Shown: positions 1 to 11,382 of the stretch, piece by piece
Layout: each line of letters begins with the position of its first letter
How positions within the stretch are numbered: the first letter of the stretch is position 1
Assembly (NCBI RefSeq): GCF_001194135.2
Contig: NC_068999.1
Coordinates: forward strand, 7,604,763-7,668,762
Length of the DNA stretch: 64,000 nt
Direction: 5' to 3'
Origin: Octopus bimaculoides
Taxonomy: Eukaryota
The notes under the pieces: generated by a model
What the model was told of the DNA's origin: nothing
Databases searched by the model: none
The model's input: the letters and a program-made list of their open reading frames with translations, nothing else
Program-made: the position numbers and the translations under genes

Positions 1-50
1 ACAAAAAGAATTTGGCACATTTGATCTGAAAATGGAATTCCAGACAGTCT

Positions 51-215
51 ACTCTTTCTTTATATTTTACTTGTTTCAGACATCGGACTACGGCTATGTC
101 GGGCCACTACCTTGAAACATTTTGGTCGAACAAATCAACGCCAATACATATTTTTTTTCAAAATTCTAGCACTTATTCTCTCCTTCTAACCGCTAAGTTT
201 GGGAAGTTTGGGTAC
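51..215 (-). mobile_element. 3' fragment of tRNA-derived SINE family A (CORE-like)
   Basis: The reverse complement matches the 3' tail of the full copy at 61777-62196 (acttagcggtt...gatttgttcgac...ctgaaacaagtaaaa). Confidence 0.65.
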
Positions 216-449
216 CATCCACAACAAATATATATAATTTTCTTTTCGACTTTGATCTGTACCTACTGATTCAAGGAAATGCCACTTCTAGCCGTTTTAG
301 ATAAGACAGTGACAAAACCACAGCGTCAACTGCAGTTCAAACAGGAATTGTAGCAGCATGGGTACTTGAGCACCCGGAAGGCATACATATCAGTCTGACT
401 CACCCTGACAAAAACTCATCGAATATTATATATATATATATAGTGTGAA

Positions 450-880
450 GCCTTCGACACCATCCTTCAAAACATTCCCCTGCTAAAAAAGGACCACAGA
501 CTGAACTTAATCCTCTAAACACACACCATCATAAAAAGCAAGAGTCAACCCGAATCTGTGAAAAGTCCATCCAAATACGCTCAACAAAAGTCTGAACACA
601 AGACCGAATACGCTCAACAACAAAACAGAAGCCATCAATAAAAAAACGCGGAAGACCCAACTGTGGAATTTGAATCAATTTAATTGAGGGATCAGAGTTC
701 TCCTTCGAACAGGGACAACATTTCACAGAGAAACGCAGCTTCACATGTGCTTAGGAGAACCTGATATACGCACTAACCTGCTCTGGTTGTCAAGAGCAAT
801 ACATAGGCCAAACAAAAACAGTCTACGTAAAAGGATGGCTCTGCATAGATCCCAGATCAAAAAATTCCCAAAACAGAAAA
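450..880 (+). mobile_element. Penelope-like retroelement remnant: linker plus GIY-YIG endonuclease, degenerate
   Basis: From 740 it reads FTCA*ENLIYALTCSGCQEQYIGQT, then after a 1-nt frameshift NSLRKRMALHRSQIK. This matches the PLE GIY-YIG pattern (NxIYxxxCxxC...YIGxT...RxRxxxH). Upstream reads IIKSKSQP, like the PLE linker. Stops and a frameshift are present. Confidence 0.8.
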
Positions 881-2012
881 CTTTTGTCCTGCTGTTATTT
901 ATTCCTATGATCAAAACCTTCTAGTCTTGGTCAACATGGTTCCTAATCCGATACATTAGATACAAATAACATCATTCAATGTAATCCTTATTCTTCTAAA
1001 GCAGGTAGTATAGTTTGGGGCATATTTAGTTGCTATTTCTAGCATTCTGAAAGACACCTTATATCATCTTTTGTTCGCATTCTTTTACGTGATATGCCAA
1101 AGCATATTTAATTTCATTCAATAAAATACTTCAAAAGGATTTTATATAACTTTCTCCAAACACAATGGAACCTTTTGAAATTATCTCAAACTATTGTCAG
1201 ACTCCGTTTTATGCGTGATATTATCGAGAAGCTTTAGTTATTCATTTGAAAAGTTCTATTTATATTCGCAAAGAAATTAATTATATATTTTATACAATCA
1301 GTTTTATTCACAAGTTGTAAAATGTAGTTATTTCTGAATTTTAAAATATCATAGCTGACAAAAATAAAACGAAAATGTTTGATATACAAGTATAAAATTA
1401 TTTAACAAACTATATAAATATAAATAATTTATTACCTATTAATAACTTTGGATCCTAGCCATATATTGTATGGGAAGTTATTGCTCATTAATCAATCTAA
1501 TCATTATATATTCATTTACTTATTTTAGTATGCCTGGAAATATGAAATCAATGTGGATATCAAGATATTGAATCTCAGAATGTAAGCGGAAAACGTAACT
1601 AAACATAATCATTCTAAATCAGAGCTTTGTGATTAACTCGTCCTTCTGTAACAGACTGAAAATTGGTCGCTTAAATAGATTCTCGACTTGACTTATCGAT
1701 TCCTGGAAAGACAAAAATTCCTGGAAAGAGATACGACAAAGATGAGCTCTGTGGACATGGAACTTTCAATGTGAATGATTTATTTACTTTTACCTATATT
1801 AGAAGTAACATATTCTGCTCTGCGAACGCATGTGGTTGTGAGCACTCACAATTGATAAGTTCTAAAAAGCTGAAATGCACTTGGTGTTCTCGCTGGACGA
1901 GGGTGGGACAAATTCGCGTCTCTCTGTAATATTTATTGTGTTTTTAACACACTCAATCCATACGCGATGTTACCATGAGACAATTACCGAAGCAATTGGC
2001 CTGTATATATAT

Positions 2013-2053
<41 letters not shown>

Positions 2054-2875
2054 NNNNNNNNNNNNNNNNNNNNNNNNNNNNNNNNNNNNNNNNNNNNNNN
2101 NNNNNNNNNNNNNNNNNNNNNNNNNNNNNNNNNNNNNNNNNNNNNNNNNNNNNNNNNNNNNNNNNNNNNNNNNNNNNNNNNNNNNNNNNNNNNNNNNNNN
2201 NNNNNNNNNNNNNNNNNNNNNNNNNNNNNNNNNNNNNNNNNNNNNNNNNNNNNNNNNNNNNNNNNNNNNNNNNNNNNNNNNNNNNNNNNNNNNNNNNNNN
2301 NNNNNNNNNNNNNNNNNNNNNNNNNNNNNNNNNNNNNNNNNNNNNNNNNNNNNNNNNNNNNNNNNNNNNNNNNNNNNNNNNNNNNNNNNNNNNNNNNNNN
2401 NNNNNNNNNNNNNNNNNNNNNNNNNNNNNNNNNNNNNNNNNNNNNNNNNNNNNNNNNNNNNNNNNNNNNNNNNNNNNNNNNNNNNNNNNNNNNNNNNNNN
2501 NNNNNNNNNNNNNNNNNNNNNNNNNNNNNNNNNNNNNNNNNNNNNNNNNNNNNNNNNNNNNNNNNNNNNNNNNNNNNNNNNNNNNNNNNNNNNNNNNNNN
2601 NNNNNNNNNNNNNNNNNNNNNNNNNNNNNNNNNNNNNNNNNNNNNNNNNNNNNNNNNNNNNNNNNNNNNNNNNNNNNNNNNNNNNNNNNNNNNNNNNNNN
2701 NNNNNNNNNNNNNNNNNNNNNNNNNNNNNNNNNNNNNNNNNNNNNNNNNNNNNNNNNNNNNNNNNNNNNNNNNNNNNNNNNNNNNNNNNNNNNNNNNNNN
2801 NNNNNNNNNNNNNNNNNNNNNNNNNNNNNNNNNNNNNNNNNNNNNNNNNNNNNNNNNNNNNNNNNNNNNNNNNNN

Positions 2876-2915
<40 letters not shown>

Positions 2916-2917
2916 TG

Positions 2918-2968
<51 letters not shown>

Positions 2969-3589
2969 TCATCTCTCTCTCTATATATATATATATAATA
3001 TATATATATATATATGCTTATATATATATGTAAAACCTTTTCGATTAGTTAAATGAAATATGAGACAGAACCGTGGTATGCCTTCAAAATTTGGTTTACC
3101 TTGTAAACCCCCCAGAAGCCAAATTTTCTTGGCCTCTCTTCGGGATCGATTGCATAAGTACTTAAGTATTAGATGCATTCTCGGAAAGAGATTTAGTGTT
3201 AAGTTTCGTACCGCATCGCATAATTTCCCTTTTATATTGCTTTTAGGTAGAAAAGCAAACCAATATATGGAGTAATATTGTTTAGAATGGAGGCGTAATG
3301 TTTTATAGAAAATTAGGTTCGATCGAAACAAAAGTACAAAACATATCCACTCTAGTTTTGGTTAGATGTGCAGGAATATGGAGTTTAAGGGAATATATTG
3401 ATTGAGAAAGAGAGAGAAAGTGGCGGAGGAAGGAGAAAGGATGGAGAATTTAAAATGGGTTATGTAGGTAATAACTAAATTGTTGGGTTTATGGAAAGGT
3501 TTTTGACGGTTCGGAAATTGCACAATTGGAAAGTGTGTGTTGTGGTTTTACTGCTAACAGTGGTCAGATCACCTTTCTTTGCGTATATC

Positions 3590-4138
3590 TTTGTGCGAGA
3601 GATGGATAGGTATAGAGGGAGGAAAAGAGAATGAGAGGGTGAGAGAGAGAGAGAGAGGAAACGAGAACGAGAGGGTGAGAAAAAGGAAAGGAGAGTGAGA
3701 GGGTGAGTGAGAGGAAAACGGAATGAGAGAGTGAGTGAGAGGAAACAAGAGTGAGAGGATGAGTGAGAGGAAACGAGAGTGAGAGGGTGAGCGGGAGGAA
3801 AAAGGGGATGAGAGTGAGAGAAATGAGAAGAGAATGAGAAAGTGAGAGACAGGAAAACAGAAAGATAGGGTGAGAGAGAGTAAAGGAGAATGAGAGGGTG
3901 AGAAAGAAGAAATGGGAATGAGAAGGTGAGAGAGAGGAAAAGTGTATGAGAGGGTGAGAGAGAGGAAATGGGAATGAAAAAGTGAGAGAAAGGCGAAAAG
4001 AGAATAAGAGGGGAAAGAGAAGAAAGAAAAATGAGAGGGTGAGAGAAGAGAAAAGTGAATGAGAGACTGAGAGAGAGGTAAACGTATGGGAATGTGAGAG
4101 ACAGGAAAAGTGTATGAGAGGGCGCGAAACACAAGAGA

Positions 4139-4201
<63 letters not shown>

Positions 4202-4235
4202 GGAGAGAGAGAGAGAGATAGAGAGAGAGAGAGAT

Positions 4236-4272
<37 letters not shown>

Positions 4273-4273
4273 T
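3590..4273. repeat. Purine-rich degenerate minisatellite grading into (GA)n
   Basis: The + strand is mostly A/G, with a recurring unit like atgagagggtgagagagaggaaaa, then (GA)n from about 4135. Confidence 0.9.
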
Positions 4274-4362
4274 GAACATACATTCTGACTAAACCAAGAT
4301 AAATAAGAACAACACAACGCAAACGCAACGGATTACATTAATCTTTAATGCGCAACACCGTT

Positions 4363-4370
4363 TCACTCTG
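4363..4370 (-). CDS. Possible terminal coding bases downstream of the 375-bp exon
   Basis: Strong acceptor ctcttcctctttcag at 4371. A phase-1 join gives T|CA GAG TGA (S-E-stop) after a 153-bp intron. Confidence 0.25.
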
Positions 4371-4523
4371 CTGAAAGAGGAAGAGTTGACAGCGTAAGAT
4401 CTGTGCAGCTTATTTATATTCAGTGATTCTCAGAATACAAAGAGTCATCCACCTGTCCACGCTGCACTTCGTTTGCTATTTGGAGACCTTAATGAGTCAA
4501 TTGTAATTATTATATTTACTTAC

Positions 4524-4898
4524 AAACAATGGAGGAACAATGCAATATGAATGAAAACCATGTCCATGAAGTAACACTTCTTTGATTTTCCGCCAAACGT
4601 TTAAGATTTTGCATAGCAACATCGATGCCATCACGCATTTGCCTGTTATCTCTTGTGTGCGAGCTATTTGGATGGAAAAACAGATCACGGGTGAAATTAA
4701 TGTCAATCCACATAAGTGAATCTATTCTGGAAGAATGCATTATACTAAATACATCAGGGATAAAATGAAATTCGCTCCTATCAAGTGTTTCAAAGTATCT
4801 GTAATCGATCCAACGATTTCCTGGAGATATTTCCCCGAAAGTAATTGCTAATATACAAAGACGCAGTGACGAGCGAAAATCTTGGTTGACTTTCACAA
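4524..4898 (-). CDS. Probable internal coding exon (phase 1-1, 125 codons), unidentified protein
   Basis: Acceptor ttttcaaag at 4899 and donor GTAAGT at 4523. The stop-to-stop open frame ends within a few codons of both splice sites. Non-repetitive peptide VKVNQDFRSSLRLCILAITFGEISPGNRWIDYRYF...SVTSWTWFSFILHCSSIV. Confidence 0.6.
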
Positions 4899-5310
4899 CT
4901 TTGAAAATTTAATGAAATTGAAATAGAAACCGCAGGGAAAGCAATGCAATATTCCTGTGTCGGCAACTGGTTTTATTATTCAAATCGAAAGCTATGACAT
5001 ACATTTCGGTATTCCCCGTTGGAAAAGTTCTCCTTTGAATTAGTAGAGGGGACCGGATCAAAGTAAGAATACTAAAGTGAGAGCATTGATTAATTATTTA
5101 ATTTTCCTCTCTCATTGTACGATGGAAATGCTGGTGCACCACCTAGAAGGTTTTATTCGAACAATTAGATTCCAGCACCTTTTCTAAAAATCAATGCTGC
5201 TTATATCGATATCTTTTGCCAAACCACTAGGTTACAAAAATGTAAAGAAAACAACGTCAAGTAAAACGTTAGTGGGGGACGGACAAACACATACATATAT
5301 CTACATGTAA

Positions 5311-5448
5311 TACGGGCTTCCATCCAGTTTCCCTCTTCCAAATTCATTCACAAAGAATTGGTAGGACACTTCCCCAAAGGGCCATGCAGTCGGAGTGAAC
5401 CACAAGCGAAGTGGTTGCGAAACGAGAGTCTTATCCACACGGCCACAC
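5311..5448 (-). mobile_element. 5' half of SINE family A
   Basis: Reverse complement has the tRNA-like head (gtgtggccgtgtggataag...) and the ggaaactggatggaagcccgta segment shared with the 61777 copy. Confidence 0.7.
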
Positions 5449-6080
5449 TTATGCCCAACTAACGAATGTTTCGTATTCGTAGCTTGATATTTTACAATGG
5501 GTATAAACACCCAAAGAATTAGGTCCTAACAATTTTTTCTAGCTACATAGCATGACGCCAAAATAATCTCGAGTTGAATTCCAATGATGCAGAAGGAACT
5601 GAGAATCGAATGTAGAAATTCAGGAAGTAGTGTTTCAAACGCAACAATTTTCTCGAGAAATGTATTGTAAGAATTTCGTTTTTGCTTTCAATCTTTTCGA
5701 GTCATCAAAAAGTGTTATCCGCCACAGTCAAAGGTACCTTTTCGATTGATTGTGTCTTATTCCTGTCCTTTATACATGACGAAGTAAACTTAAATAATTT
5801 TCCTTTCTCTACACATACACACACACACACACTCACACACATACACACACACACGCACGCGTTTCCACACATTTTTCGTTAATGACATGCACTCACTATG
5901 CACTAATGTGCCCCAAGCTATAAAAGAAGACAATCGGCCAACGGGCTGCGCAGTGGGACTGAACACGAAGCAGCTCCGTTTGAAAGTGACCTCCTCATGA
6001 ACAAAAGCATGACTGTAATGATTAGCCATTGGTACGTATTTTGAAATAGATCGAATAAACACAAAGGATTCCTTGGCTCG

Positions 6081-6127
<47 letters not shown>

Positions 6128-6224
6128 AAATACATGTAGACAGTTATGCTTCTGTATGTGCATAAATTATCTTCCGATTATTCGCATGCTTACGTTGCTC
6201 ATACAAATTTGCATAAGTTTCTTC

Positions 6225-6268
<44 letters not shown>

Positions 6269-7274
6269 GTGAGTGTGTGTGTGTGTATGCATATATGCAT
6301 ATATTTATATATGTATTATATGTATGCATATATGCGTTTGTATCTATTACATATTGTGTATACATAAATACACACACACACACACATACGCACACACACA
6401 TACACACACGCACACACACATATATATATGCAGCTGAAAGAGCTGCATGCACACATGTTAACGCATGCACATAAATGCTGGCATGCTTTTGTGAACGACT
6501 ACATGAACAGCATGCACTAAAGTAAACACACGTAAGATTTTCTATTTGAATGCAAGCCGGACATAAATATAGATTTTACATAGAATTTCTCTATGAATGA
6601 GTAGAAATAGCAACATAAATTATGTTCCATTTCAAATGAATAGCTGCAATTGGCAGTTCCTGTTATACGAGATGACGAAATTGTGAAGAATTGACATTTT
6701 TGAACAATTTTTGATTGTAGTTCTCTTGCAAACAGTGGCGCTATGTAATAGAGAAATATAATCGAGTGAACAAAAACATTCTCTTCGTGCTATTCAAGTA
6801 CGGTTCGTACGTACGTATGGAAGCAGAAGTAGTTGCGTACATTTCAAGACACTTTCTTAGCGTTGTGGTTTCGGATTCAGACCCACTACGCCACAACTGG
6901 GGAAATCCTCTTCTGCTCTAGTCTCGAATAATCGTAACAATGTAGAATGTAGATGCCTGTTCATCGTCAAGTTTTATTTATTCCTGCTGTATAATTTCAT
7001 ACATCATATACTTATAGATGTTTGACCTACACGTGTTTCCACTGCACGTGGCAAGTGCATGTAGTTGCATGTGCAACTGCACAGGCATTTGCACATACAA
7101 CGATCTAGTGATTCAGCAAAAGAATCGGGAGAATCCGTGTTAGGTTTAACAAAATTATGCTAGAAGACCATCTATGGTCTGACCACTAAGAAAAGATTGT
7201 ACTCAAGAAAATTCAGCAAACGCCAGAACGTAAGCGAGCAAGACAAATGAAAAGATACAAAATATAAAGATAAA

Positions 7275-7331
7275 TCACAGACCGGTTTCGTTGTTACCAC
7301 TTACGTAAATGTCCGTAACTCATCAGTGTAA
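7275..7331 (-). ncRNA. Minimal type I hammerhead ribozyme motif
   Basis: Minus strand reads UUACA-CUGAUGA-G(UUAC...GUAACAA)C-GAAA-CCGG-UC-UGUGA. Core is intact, helix I has 5 bp, G10.1-C11.1 is present, helix III is palindromic ACCGGU, and the cleavage triplet is GUC. Confidence 0.75.
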
Positions 7332-7588
7332 TCGTCATAGCAATATAATTTGCAGACCTGTTTATGAGACGTCCGCATGAGATTGAACATGTATATAGTT
7401 CTACCAATTACATGTGGGTTTATATTTCGTCCACTTAGTGGTCATTCTTTTTATATGTATGTAATATAATTTTTGTGAATCTTCAGCTCTTTCAATATGC
7501 TAGGCGACTGGTTTTAAATTGATATTAATGAAATTAATATTCAATTTTTCACCCTTATTTAAATTTAAATATCTCTTCCGATATACGT

Positions 7589-7753
7589 ATTCTTTTATTT
7601 GTTTCAGCCATTTGACTGCGACCCTGCTGGAGTACTGCTTTCAGTCGAACAAATCAACCCTAGGACTATAGAAGAAAACACTTGCGCAAGGTGCCACGCA
7701 GTGCGACAGAACCCGGAACCATGTGGTTAGTAAGCAACCTACTTACCACACAG

Positions 7754-7758
<5 letters not shown>
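7589..7758 (-). mobile_element. Internally deleted SINE family A copy followed by (CA)n
   Basis: The head (gtggctgtgtggtaagtaggttgcttactaaccacatggttccgggttc...accttgcgcaagtg) joins directly to the 3' tail. (CA)n runs about 7757-7846. Confidence 0.8.
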
Positions 7759-7841
<83 letters not shown>

Positions 7842-8246
7842 ACACAGATATGCTTATATGTATATTCAGCTTTGATAAGCAACGAATTCAAAAGGTACAT
7901 TCGTTAAATATCATTGACTTTTGTAGTGAAAAATTCAAACACAAATATTTACTGGAATTACCAAGAAGAGAACGCGCTTCCTTCACAGAAAGCGTGTCTT
8001 AAAGATTGATGATCCGATCAAGATAATTTCTAAACTATCGATCAAAATGTCAAAGTAGATTTCTCGATAGTCAATTGAAGGAAAACTAAAAGCATCCGAC
8101 ACTTATGCTTTTTGAATAGAAACTACGAGAACTCGAGGCATTTTTTTGTTTAATTTACTTACGCCGTTATTTTATTTATTTAAGGTAAATTTAAGTCTGA
8201 TGCAATACGATGACCTATGGGGATGTTAAGCATATTGACGACTAGA

Positions 8247-8270
8247 ACGATGACGACGATGTTGATGATA

Positions 8271-8302
<32 letters not shown>

Positions 8303-8469
8303 CATGATGATGGTGATGACGTCGACATGACTGACGATAACGACGATTGTGATAATCGTGAGATGACAACGAAGATGCCGGTGATAATGATGATGATGAC
8401 GATGACGATGATGGTGATGACGATGACGATGATGATGATGACGATGATGATGACGATGATGATGATGAC

Positions 8470-8501
<32 letters not shown>

Positions 8502-8620
8502 CGATGATGATGATGACGATGATGATGATGATGATGATAATGATGACGATGATGATGATGATGATGATGACGATGATGATGATGACGATGATGATGATGT
8601 TGTCTACGACGATGGTATTC
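8247..8620. repeat. Imperfect (GAT/GAC)n trinucleotide tract
   Basis: Read directly. It accounts for the poly-M/T ORF at 8327-8647. Confidence 0.95.
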
Positions 8621-9107
8621 GTAATGTTAATAGCATTGTACTTTTAGTGTACAACAATGTGGGCTGTTTATCAATTTCAAATCTTACAGTGTTGTACAAG
8701 AAGCAAATATAATTATGTTATCTTCGATGCATTTCGTAGGAAGTATTTTGTTTCATGAAAGCATCATTTCCGGTTTTTTCTTTGAAGTCTGTCTGAAAAC
8801 AAAGATAGTTTGAAAGTTCGTAATAAGAATTTCCGGTGTATTTATGTTTTTTTTTTTCGCGATGGAAAGAAGCACTGAAATTTGGTAGAAGTTTCTTCTC
8901 TCGTTCGTAGCCAACTGGTGCAGAATAAAACTTTAGAACATATCTATAATTGTAGTATTGGATCATGTTTTAAATGTAGAATAGCATTTCTTGCGTTATT
9001 CCGCTGGTTGTCATTCACGAAATTTCCGTAGTATGTTCAGGAAATTTGTGAAACCATTGATACATTTTATTCTATACTTTTAATCGGAAGAAAGTCACAA
9101 AAGTGGG

Positions 9108-9165
9108 TCAAAGGCCGAGTATTTCAGCCACGGTTCTTCTCAAACTGACTTCATGACCGGTATCT
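9108..9165 (-). CDS. Candidate terminal exon of the tentative short-exon chain
   Basis: Acceptor gctattttcttttcaccag. Phase-2 entry reads DTGHEVSLRRTVAEILGL*. Confidence 0.25.
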
Positions 9166-10157
9166 CTGGTGAAAAGAAAATAGCTTTCGTTATTTTTATA
9201 GAAATTTGTATTGCAGAGAATTTCATACGTGCTCCAGGCCAAACAAAGCCTTGTTAGTGGATGTAGAGGACGGAAACTGTATAGAAGTCGTGTCGTATAT
9301 AAGTGTTCGTGGTTGTGCTTCATAAATTACATTGGTTTTTATTTAGGTCGCTGTAAACTTGTGACTCGGCGATAAAAAGCGTTAGAATAACAACTAGATT
9401 GTAAATAAGTACTGGAGTGGAATTGTGTGATTAAAACCTTTAATATGATGCTCCAGAATGGCCAGAACGCAGTGACTGACAGAAGAAAAACATAAACGAT
9501 TAAAGATTAGAGTCAGAACTCCATATTCTGTGTGTTTTATTTAAGATGGCATGGTGTAAATTGAAAGGGATTTTGCTTGCTGCTTTTAACTGTTTAGACT
9601 TCAGCATTGATGATCTCTCGTTGACATGTTATGGACAGTTTTACCTCGTATGGAAAATCTGGTGTTCTATACGCCACCTTAGAATCTTCATTTTCGTTTC
9701 TGCTGTTGTCGATGTTGTTCATGTTGCTATTATTGCTGTCAGGAAAAAGATCGCTGAGCTGATAGAATCTTTAGAATGCCTGGCCAAAATGCTTTGTGGG
9801 ATTATTCTTCCGTGCCTTTATGTTCTGTGTTTAAATATTGCTGAGGTCAGGTCAACTATTGTTTTCATTCTTACAGTATCGAACAAATGAAGGCAACGGT
9901 CATGAACTGCGGTTGATATAATCGGTCAAAACCTAGCGTTTCTTTGCTTCAATATTGTTATAGACTGAACAATATTATGTTCAGTCTATAATATCCCATA
10001 AGATTCTGTAACAATAAGAGCGACAACGAAAACGACATAACAACAACAACAACAACAACAACAACAGCAGCAGTAGCAGCAACAACAAAAACAACAATAA
10101 TAATAATAAACCTTTCTACAAAACGCACAAGGCCTGAAATTTGTGGAGAGGGGACAG

Positions 10158-10434
10158 GTTAGTTCAGGAAGTTAAGCAGTTATAGCCGATAAAAATGGTA
10201 GCAGTAGTGCCAAAAATTTTCGGAGCCCTGAGAAGAGTGAAGAAAAATCTCGAGAAGTATTGTGGAAAAAATAGGGGCTGTAATAAAGGTAGAGCACTTG
10301 CAGAAAACAGCACTGCTTGGAACCACTCGAATACTCCGGAAGGTGCTCGAAAAATAAGAGGTCTTATGTTAGTTCACTGGTAGTGAACAGCTGACACCGT
10401 AGTACATCACCAGCGTTAGAAGCTGTGCAAAGGC

Positions 10435-10436
<2 letters not shown>
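10158..10436 (+). mobile_element. 3' end of an R4/Dong-like (REL endonuclease) non-LTR retrotransposon with (AAT)n tail
   Basis: With frameshifts it reads VVPKIFGAL..VKKNLEKY...VEHLQKTALLGTTRILRKVLE. (AAT)n follows at about 10436-10504. Clearly similar to the 11383 copy. Confidence 0.75.
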
Positions 10437-10505
<69 letters not shown>

Positions 10506-10623
10506 GCCTTTCTACTAAAGGCAGAAGGCCTGTTATTTTGGGGAGAGAACAAGTCGATCATATCGACTCTAGTGTTCCATTGGTACTCAATTTATCGTCC
10601 CCGTTAGGATGAAAGGTAAAGTC

Positions 10624-10625
<2 letters not shown>
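10506..10625 (-). mobile_element. 3' half of SINE family B
   Basis: Reverse complement reads gactttacctttcatcc...gataaattgagtacca...gtcgatatgatcgac, as in the full copies at 21341 and 23572. Confidence 0.7.
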
Positions 10626-10676
<51 letters not shown>

Positions 10677-11089
10677 GAAGAAGAAGAAGAAGACGGAGAA
10701 GAAGAAGATAAAATTTCTGGAAGGAATCACTTCCTTCTCTAATCTCTATTCAAGTGAAAGTTAAAAATGTTCATGAAGGCTTGACCAAAGAGGAGAATAT
10801 CTGTCTTCAGTATTGGCTTTGAAACTTCCGTAATCGTTGTGAATCAATAATTCATTCCTGTGTTTGATCAATTCTCCGATTTTGTTCAGTTGGAGAATTG
10901 GTGATTTATTTTCTATTCCGTATAATACGGCTGCCACAAGCAAACAGATATCCTCTTCTGTTGGTACCACTTCTTCGTTAATTTAACCTTCGTCCGACCG
11001 AGGTTTGTCTGACAGAATTGGTGGAAGGAACGGTTCTGTCACCACGATGAACCCATGATGGCTATTTTTGGTGCCTTCTATTATATGTA

Positions 11090-11260
11090 TCTGGGACGAA
11101 TTGCTTAGTGGTACTTTGCTCGTCGATACATTCTGAGTTCAAATTCCGTCAAGGTCGACTTTGCCTTTCATCCTTTTCAGGGTCGATAAAATAAGTAACA
11201 GTTGAATACAGGGGGTCGATATAATCAACACATTCTCTCACCGAAAATTGATGCCTTTTT
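11090..11260 (+). mobile_element. SINE family B copy
   Basis: ttctgagttcaaattccgtcaaggtcgactttgcctttcatcc...ggtcgataaaataagta...ggggtcgatataatc. Confidence 0.8.
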
Positions 11261-11342
11261 GGAAAAATTTGAAACTCTTCTTCTTCTTCTTCTTCTTCTT
11301 CTTCTTCTTCTTCTTCTTCTTCTTCTTCTTCTTCTTCTTCTC

Positions 11343-11374
<32 letters not shown>

Positions 11375-11382
11375 CATCATCA

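Noticed and set aside
1844-1917. Possible 74-nt minus-strand exon with an HMG-like RTPSAFQLF reading
   Set aside because: The phase-1 entry needed from the 375-bp exon hits a stop. The motif match is short and could be chance.
2981-3331. 116-aa minus-strand ORF
   Set aside because: No recognisable motif; the available acceptor phase is incompatible with the upstream exon; partly microsatellite.
8327-8647. Met/Thr-rich ORF
   Set aside because: Simply the translation of the (GAT/GAC)n microsatellite.
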